64,000 nucleotides of DNA from Fibrobacterota bacterium. Its GTDB lineage: Bacteria; Fibrobacterota; Fibrobacteria; UBA11236. Shown here piece by piece: positions 58,135 through 64,000 of the stretch (position 1 is its first letter; each line of letters starts with the position of its first letter). The notes under the pieces were generated by a model, which was not told the origin of the DNA, did not search any database, and was given only the letters and a program-made list of their open reading frames with translations. The position numbers and the translations under genes were made by a program. The stretch lies in the NCBI GenBank assembly GCA_028287465.1, contig JAQBPO010000018.1, forward strand, positions 31,857 to 95,856, read 5' to 3'.

Positions 58135-59283
58135 ATGGATACTTTAAACATTCGACCACTCGATCCCACTCCCGAACATCCCTATCCACGCTTTTACCTG
58201 GACGTGCGCATACGTCGTCCGGGTGGGGGTGAAAACCGTATTCGGGAAACCCTCAATACGGGCAGCTATGCGAAGGCCAAGGCCCGTTACCTTGAGCTTC
58301 AGGCGCAACTAAGAAACGGATCGCGCGTGCCCATCACGGCACCTCCCGGCACTTTCGGCGACGTGCTAGAACGCTATCGCGCACGCCGGGGAGAAATCCG
58401 GGGGGGCCAGCTTACCACGTTCCAAACCCTCGTCAAAGACCTTGGGCAAACGCCTTTGGGGGCTTTGGAAGGTGCATTTGAGCGGTATGCTTCCATTATT
58501 CGGAATACAATCTCTCCCAGGACTGGCCGCCGGTACTCGAATGCGACAGTGAACCGCTTGCGCTCCATGGCGACAGCGGCGATCAACTTGGCGATTGATC
58601 TCCGAATCCTGGAACGGAACCCGCTCACCCGGGCCGTATGGCCCAAAGCCAAGGAATTTTCACGGGATCGCATCCTTTCATCCGATGAAACCATTCGACT
58701 TTTGAACGTGATCGATCGGGAAGCCCCGCATCTTGGCCCCTTGGCGCGGTTTTCCATGGCCGTGCCTGCAAGGAAAGGCGAGCTAGTGAATGCTAGGCGC
58801 GAATGGCTTGATGAAATCGCCGGGGTGATCCGCGTTCCCGGCAAGGCTGGGAAGGGCGGGCGCGGGTCGGTCAAACCCATCCCGCCCGATCTTCTCCCGT
58901 ACTTTCGCTCCCTGCCCTCGGAAACGCCCTTCCTTTTCTTCCGGCGGCATGGGGGGCGGTTTCTCCCCCTCGGAGACTTTAAGCGGTCCTGGCACCGTTG
59001 CTTGGCCCTGGCGGGCATCGGGGATTTCCGGTTCCATGACCTTCGGCACGTCGCATGCACGAACCTTTTGGCGGCGGGTTCGAACCTAAAGGCCGTTCAG
59101 ATGGTGGGGGGCTGGGCGGATTCGAAGATGGTGGACAAGTATCACTCTTTCTCGGGGATTTCCCTTCGGGATGGAATTAGATTTCCCATTGGGATTGAAG
59201 GGTCCCGCGTACGATCTGCGTACACTTCGGGTGAGGAGATCGAAAAAGGCAGCGAATTTCGAGAGGTTATGGCGGTTTCATAA
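58135..59283 (+). CDS. int: Tyrosine recombinase/integrase
   Basis: Catalytic R (ARKGEL), K (GKAGK), HDLRH, W (GGW), Y (VDKYH); ends 6 nt before attR. Confidence 0.93.
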   Translation: MDTLNIRPLDPTPEHPYPRFYLDVRIRRPGGGENRIRETLNTGSYAKAKARYLELQAQLRNGSRVPITAPPGTFGDVLERYRARRGEIRGGQLTTFQTLVKDLGQTPLGALEGAFERYASIIRNTISPRTGRRYSNATVNRLRSMATAAINLAIDLRILERNPLTRAVWPKAKEFSRDRILSSDETIRLLNVIDREAPHLGPLARFSMAVPARKGELVNARREWLDEIAGVIRVPGKAGKGGRGSVKPIPPDLLPYFRSLPSETPFLFFRRHGGRFLPLGDFKRSWHRCLALAGIGDFRFHDLRHVACTNLLAAGSNLKAVQMVGGWADSKMVDKYHSFSGISLRDGIRFPIGIEGSRVRSAYTSGEEIEKGSEFREVMAVS

Positions 59284-59289
59284 GAAATC

Positions 59290-59342
59290 CTTTTGCTTCC
59301 CAAGCAAAGGGTCGCGGGTTCGAGTCCCGCAATCCGCTCCAT
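59290..59342 (+). repeat. attR core (53 bp, duplicated tRNA-Gly 3' end)
   Basis: Identical to 53069-53121. Confidence 0.95.
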
Positions 59343-59407
59343 AAGCCCCTTCGTGTTGCCGGATTCCCTGAGGAATCGGCGGACACCGGAGGGGCTTTTT
59401 CATTTTG
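59343..59407 (+). terminator. Probable original tRNA-Gly terminator
   Basis: aagcccctt...gaggggcttttt hairpin with T-tract right after attR. Confidence 0.7.
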
Positions 59408-59554
59408 GTTCCACCCTGATCCTTTGAAGGTCCTCGCCTGCACCCCGGGAAATCCCGGAAAAGCCGGGCTATACCATTCCGGAGGCGCGGGAGGGGAAGT
59501 CGGTACGGGATGTCCTTAATTGCGAGACCTGGCCCGGGAGCCTTTTCGCGGGGC

Positions 59555-60616
59555 TCAGGCGGCTTCGGAGAAGCGCGTTTCGTCCGGCTTGGGCATCGCG
59601 GCATCGGCATTCCCGGGCTTCACGGCCGACGCGGGAACATGGGTCCAATCCGGGTTTCCCGGGACCGCGGCCTTGGCCGGTTGGTCCTCCAACAGATGCT
59701 TGGGCACGGGTTTCAGATCCCAGACCAGCCCCAGCTTCGAGAATCCCCACAGGATGTAGAATGAAACATCGATTTCCCACCAGCGGAAACCCTGGCGCAC
59801 CGTATTGGCGTAGTGGTGGTGGTTGTTGTGCCAGCCTTCCCCCAGGGTTATCAAGGCGAGCAGCAGGCTGTTCTTGCTGTCGTCCCCGGTCCGGTAGCGT
59901 TGGCGTCCCATGATATGGCCCAGGGAATTGATGAAGAAGGTTCCGTGGTACAAGGCGATGGTCGAGATGAAGAAACCCCAAACCAGCATTTGCATGCCGT
60001 TGGTGCGCAGGCCCGGGGCCATGCGGTTCAAAAGCCATCCGAGCGCCGCGGTCCCGAAGGCAAGGCAAAGCGGCGCGACGAAGTCGAACCGATCCAGGAA
60101 CATGAGCTCCGGGTATTTGGCGAAGTCCTTCAGCTCGCGGCTCTTCGCCGTGGAATTCTCCCGCTTGCCGAACCAGAGCATATGGCTTACCCAGAAGCCG
60201 TGCCGCCGGGGAGAGTGGGGATCCGCTTGCTCATCCGAGAAGCGATGGTGGTCGCGGTGGTGGGCGCCCCAATGCAAGGCACCGCGCTGCGCCGAAGAGT
60301 TCCCGATGAAGGCGAAGATGAACTGCATGGCGCGGCCAGTCTTGAAGGTGCGATGGGAGAAGTACCGATGGTACCAGCCGGTGATGGCATGCATGCGCAC
60401 GAAGTACAGGGCGGCGGCCACGGCGATTGCCACCGGGCTGGTTCCCACCCAGAAAACCGCCAGGCAAGCCAGATGCATCGCCCAGAACGGGGCCAGACGC
60501 AAATGGGATACCCGCTTGTCCTCCGGGCCGAAGGTGGCTCCTTGGGGCGTATCGTTATCGAGCCACCGGATGATGCTATGGAACGTTCTACCGATCTGAG
60601 AGATTATTGAAGGCAT
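59555..60616 (-). CDS. Delta-9 acyl-CoA (fatty acid) desaturase
   Basis: His boxes HRYFSH, HRDHH, GEGWHNNHH. Confidence 0.93.
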   Translation of the reverse strand: MPSIISQIGRTFHSIIRWLDNDTPQGATFGPEDKRVSHLRLAPFWAMHLACLAVFWVGTSPVAIAVAAALYFVRMHAITGWYHRYFSHRTFKTGRAMQFIFAFIGNSSAQRGALHWGAHHRDHHRFSDEQADPHSPRRHGFWVSHMLWFGKRENSTAKSRELKDFAKYPELMFLDRFDFVAPLCLAFGTAALGWLLNRMAPGLRTNGMQMLVWGFFISTIALYHGTFFINSLGHIMGRQRYRTGDDSKNSLLLALITLGEGWHNNHHHYANTVRQGFRWWEIDVSFYILWGFSKLGLVWDLKPVPKHLLEDQPAKAAVPGNPDWTHVPASAVKPGNADAAMPKPDETRFSEAA

Positions 60617-60891
60617 GGCATCCGTCCTGATTCACCCACGACATCGCGTAGTGTCTTCGTCGTCCTAGTTATAGGATACGTTCCGGATAGGGCCAGGGGC
60701 GGGTCCAATCGGCCCGTCTTACATCTTTTTACAAACATCTTTTCTGATGGAGGACTTTGGGTCCGACCGCAGTAACCGGACCGTTTCGGCCGGGATTTGC
60801 TTTCGGGCGCCTGGAACTTTTATTGACTCGTAGAGGGCCGGTGCTTCGGACCTAGAGGTCGGCCCGGTCAATCCATCATTCGGAGGTTTTC

Positions 60892-61056
60892 ATGTTGCAT
60901 TATTCCCTGGTTTTCCTGGTATTCGCCTTGGTCGCCGCCTTCCTCGGGTTCTGGGGAATCGCGGGAATGGCCGCTGGCATCGCCAAGGTCCTATTCTTCG
61001 TCTTCCTGGTCATCTGGCTCGTAACCTTCCTGTTGGGGCGCCGTAGCGCGCTTTGA
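60892..61056 (+). CDS. DUF1328/YtjA small membrane protein (absent from ORF track)
   Basis: GGAGG RBS; [54 protein letters not shown]. Confidence 0.9.
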   Translation: MLHYSLVFLVFALVAAFLGFWGIAGMAAGIAKVLFFVFLVIWLVTFLLGRRSAL

Positions 61057-61184
61057 CCCTCCGCGTCCTGCAGGGCGGGGGCTCGCCCCGCCCTGCAGGC
61101 AGGCGGGTTTCCGACCGCCCTACCCAAAACATATTTTAGTGGGAAGGACCGCCGTGATCCGCGACGGCATATTGAGGAGCGTGT

Positions 61185-61496
61185 ATGTTTCCAACGCGTA
61201 AAAAGAACCGCCACCTTTCCCGTAACCTAGGCCTTGCAATGGTTTCCGCCCTGGGGAGCGCCGGGGGCTATTGGATTTTCAAGAGGTATTCTTCGCGCCG
61301 TGGCCGGGAACGGTCCGGTCCCGAAGCCGCTTCGCGGCAGGGATCCGACGCCGCAAGCCTGGCGGGTCAGTGGCATAGCTTGGATAAGGAATCGAAACAG
61401 GGCCACATTCCCCGGGAATTGGATAGGACCCCGAAGAATCTCGACCAGACCATCCACACCGAACCCTTCGCGGAAGAAGTCTCCTACCTTGATTGA
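61185..61496 (+). CDS. Small hypothetical membrane-anchored protein
   Basis: GAGGAG RBS and one hydrophobic segment. Confidence 0.55.
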   Translation: MFPTRKKNRHLSRNLGLAMVSALGSAGGYWIFKRYSSRRGRERSGPEAASRQGSDAASLAGQWHSLDKESKQGHIPRELDRTPKNLDQTIHTEPFAEEVSYLD

Positions 61497-61617
61497 GGAG
61501 CCCAGGAACGGCTCCTGGAAGCGTCCCTGACGCCAATCCACAAACGAATGGGGCCCCTATCACAGGGGCCCCTTCTTCTGGAATCCATTGCGGACTCAAC
61601 CGATCGACGGACGTCGC

Positions 61618-62037
61618 TCAGGCTCCGGCCCCGCGGACGCGGCCACCCATCTGACCGCCCATATCGACGCCCTTCCTTCGATAGACCAGATCGGCGGCTT
61701 TGTAGTCCGTCGTCAGCCACACGAGGAACAAGGCCACGCCCGCCACGATGTAGAAGTATCGGGCCGAATCGTCGTTTCTGAAGCCCGCGATCCAGGGCAT
61801 GGCAATCAGGAGCGGGCTAAGGACCAGCTCGATGGCGCCATGGATGGTGAACGGAATGAGCTTGAAGACGCCCAATGGATAGGCCGTCAACAGCACCAAT
61901 ACGAGATAGAGCGCCGCCAGGGCGTAAGTGACCGTGGCCGCTTCTCCCACGAAGCGGAAAATCGAGGGCGCCAAAGCGAGAACCAGGATGACCGCATAGT
62001 CCAGATAACCGTGGATTTTCGGTGGGATGAATTTCAT
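61618..62037 (-). CDS. SPW-repeat-like membrane protein
   Basis: IHGYLDY, LTAYPLG..KLIPF.IHG.IE, LTTDY. Confidence 0.75.
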   Translation of the reverse strand: MKFIPPKIHGYLDYAVILVLALAPSIFRFVGEAATVTYALAALYLVLVLLTAYPLGVFKLIPFTIHGAIELVLSPLLIAMPWIAGFRNDDSARYFYIVAGVALFLVWLTTDYKAADLVYRRKGVDMGGQMGGRVRGAGA

Positions 62038-62103
62038 GGTGAAGCTCCTTTTGAGGGGTCAGGTTTCCTGAACGGACAACCCATATCCTTAAAAAAAACT
62101 TAT

Positions 62104-63159
62104 TCATACCTGCGGCGATAGGGGGCCATTCCGGAAGGATTGCCTCGTCCAAGTCGGACCCGGGCTGGACGGTCCGTCCAGGCCCCAATAAAGAGGGTCG
62201 ATGCAAAGCCGTCTTGCGGTCTTCCCGGCGTCCCAGGCATGGTAGACGATGAAGGTCGTCTTTCCGTCCGGGCCTTCGACCAGGGAATTGTGGCCGGGTC
62301 CCAACATCCTTCCCGGTTGGGTTTTCAGGATGCGCGGTCCCGTCTCTCCGCCGGTTTCGGCGTATGGGCCGAGCACGTGGTCGGCCACCACGTAGTCCAC
62401 GCCGTATCCCTCGGTCTCCCAACGGCCGCCGCTATAAAAGCAATAATAACGCCCCAGGTGCTTGCGGACGCATGGGCCTTCCAAAGTGTGCCAATCGTAA
62501 CGGCCGCCGTAGATCGGCCGATCGCTCTCGAATCGCTGCCAATCATGCCTCGCCCGGAGCACCACGTGGCTCCCTTCGGTAAGCTTGGTCATGCTTTCCA
62601 AGGGTTGGGCCACCAGGGCCGTTCCGGCCCGTATGGAACCTCGTCCCGGCGGTTCCGAATCGAGGAAGTCGGCCGCGAAAAAAAGGTACCAGCGGCCGTC
62701 CGTATCCCGGAAGGGATGGGGATCGATGGCGAAAAGCCATTCCGAGGAGCTGGTCAATGCCGACCCGGTATCGTGGTAGGGTCCGCCGGGGGACGTGCTG
62801 ACGGCCACGCGGAGGTGATGGCCCTGGTCCCCGAGGCCAACCGAATAATAGAGGAAGAATCGTCCCTCGTGATAAGCCACCTCGGGCGCCCAGAATGAGT
62901 CGCCGTGGGCGGCTCCGAATTCCGGTTTCCGCATGGCCCTGCCAATGGGAAACCAATGGACCAGGTCCCGGGATTCAAGCATGGGGAATATCCCCTCTCC
63001 GGACTCGGCTGCATGTCCTGCGGCCTCCTGGGGTCCCGTGCCCACGGCGTAATATACGCCGTCGTGTTTCCAAACGAACGGATCGGCGAAATACGCGGGA
63101 TGGACCGGGTTGACGTAGGAGGCGCCGCTCGCGAGCGCCTCAGTATTTGAATTCGACAT
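62104..63159 (-). CDS. Glycoside hydrolase family 43
   Basis: FADPFV, WAPEV, AIDP, TLEGP, GPGHNS. Confidence 0.92.
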   Translation of the reverse strand: MSNSNTEALASGASYVNPVHPAYFADPFVWKHDGVYYAVGTGPQEAAGHAAESGEGIFPMLESRDLVHWFPIGRAMRKPEFGAAHGDSFWAPEVAYHEGRFFLYYSVGLGDQGHHLRVAVSTSPGGPYHDTGSALTSSSEWLFAIDPHPFRDTDGRWYLFFAADFLDSEPPGRGSIRAGTALVAQPLESMTKLTEGSHVVLRARHDWQRFESDRPIYGGRYDWHTLEGPCVRKHLGRYYCFYSGGRWETEGYGVDYVVADHVLGPYAETGGETGPRILKTQPGRMLGPGHNSLVEGPDGKTTFIVYHAWDAGKTARRLCIDPLYWGLDGPSSPGPTWTRQSFRNGPLSPQV

Positions 63160-63937
63160 AGGATTCCGTCCGGTCCGCCTCGGCGCGTTCGACCACCTTG
63201 CAGCGCAGGAGCGCGCGTTCCCTTTCGCCAAGGGATTGGTAGGCCTCCCTGGGGACCTCGAGGTCCACCTTGGCCGTGTGCAACCAATGCATGACGTAAC
63301 CCATCACCACCATGGGCCTGGGCCGATCGGTCCGGTTGGGCGTTCCCCGATGCATGGCGTACGGTGAACGGATGGCCACGTCGCCCAGTTCCATCGGGAA
63401 CGATTCGATGGGGTTTTCCCCGCTGGCAATGGCGGCCATGGCCTTCTCCTTGGTCATCCGGTGGGTGCCCCGCGCCATTTGCAAGGGGCCATTCTCTTCG
63501 GTGACCTCGCAAAGCGGGAAATTGACGGCGAGGGCGTAAAGAGGCGTCTGGAATTCCTCGGTGAAAAGGGGGCGGTGATCACGATGCACTTCCTGGTAAT
63601 CCGATCCGAGCACGGGAGTATCGACGGCCAATTGGACCATGGCGTATTCCTGCGCGAAGACTCGATCCAGGACGGCGAGGATGCCCGGGTTGGCGAATAC
63701 CACCGGATCCCCGAAGGGCTGAACCCATGGCAAGGTCACGTAGTAACGGCCCGGCCCGCGAGGCGCCAGGCCGCCCGGCAGCTTACGGCGGCGGTCCACA
63801 AGGGCTTCGAACTCGGAACCCCATTCCCGGAGGAGCGCCGGATCCAGAAGTCCCCTCAAGATGCAGATACCGTCCCGGTCCAGTTCGTCCGCCAACTTCT
63901 GCGATTCCTCCTCTACCCATTCCTTCCTAAACGTCAT
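63140..63937 (-). CDS. Phytanoyl-CoA dioxygenase-family 2OG-Fe(II) oxygenase
   Basis: Q.VHRD, ENGP, GTH, HRGTPN....R motifs. Confidence 0.88.
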   Translation of the reverse strand: MTFRKEWVEEESQKLADELDRDGICILRGLLDPALLREWGSEFEALVDRRRKLPGGLAPRGPGRYYVTLPWVQPFGDPVVFANPGILAVLDRVFAQEYAMVQLAVDTPVLGSDYQEVHRDHRPLFTEEFQTPLYALAVNFPLCEVTEENGPLQMARGTHRMTKEKAMAAIASGENPIESFPMELGDVAIRSPYAMHRGTPNRTDRPRPMVVMGYVMHWLHTAKVDLEVPREAYQSLGERERALLRCKVVERAEADRTESYVEFKY

Positions 63938-64000
63938 GCATGCCTCCCTTCCCTTCACCCAGGAATCAATCTACCAAGGCTTGAATATTCCCGGCCATGG

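Larger units (their letters stand above)
53069..59342. mobile_element. ~6.2 kb integrative element, putative PICI-like phage satellite
   Basis: Exact 53-bp direct repeat of the tRNA-Gly 3' part at both ends; integrase, xis, terS, rep-like and XRE genes; visibly more AT-rich than the flanks. Confidence 0.9.

Noticed and set aside
59290-59342. Second tRNA-Gly gene
   Set aside because: It lacks the 5' acceptor strand and D arm; this is the attR duplication.
53069-59342. Complete prophage or ICE
   Set aside because: No structural, lysis, terL, relaxase or conjugation genes lie between the att sites.

Overview
High-GC bacterial chromosomal segment, probably Fibrobacterota. This is an inference from a Fibrobacter-type LexA box at recA and the style of the lipoproteins. 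Most of the window is housekeeping and envelope genes: recR, engB, an Mla/MCE ABC operon, uvrB, glgB, tRNA-Asp/Val, phoH, yicC, cinA-recA, mutY, rplU-rpmA, glpD and ndk. The main discovery candidate is a ~6.2 kb element integrated at tRNA-Gly(CCC) and bounded by an exact 53-bp att repeat (53069-53121 / 59290-59342). It encodes, on one strand, an XRE regulator, a YdaU-like replication protein, three small ORFs, a terminase small subunit, an excisionase and an intact tyrosine integrase. It has no capsid, tail, large terminase or primase genes, so it looks like a minimal PICI-like phage satellite with an unusual gene order. Inside it are integrase arm-type repeats, a pseudoknot-like leader covering the rep ribosome-binding site, a degenerate tRNA-like cloverleaf and an IS1-family remnant. 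Other notable items are an FN3/FGE lipoprotein gene split by a single in-frame amber codon, a ~1800-aa lipoprotein with nine CDP(A/T)(K/R)GxC repeats, and a 226-bp nested-palindrome element. No database searches were run; all family calls come from motif recognition.
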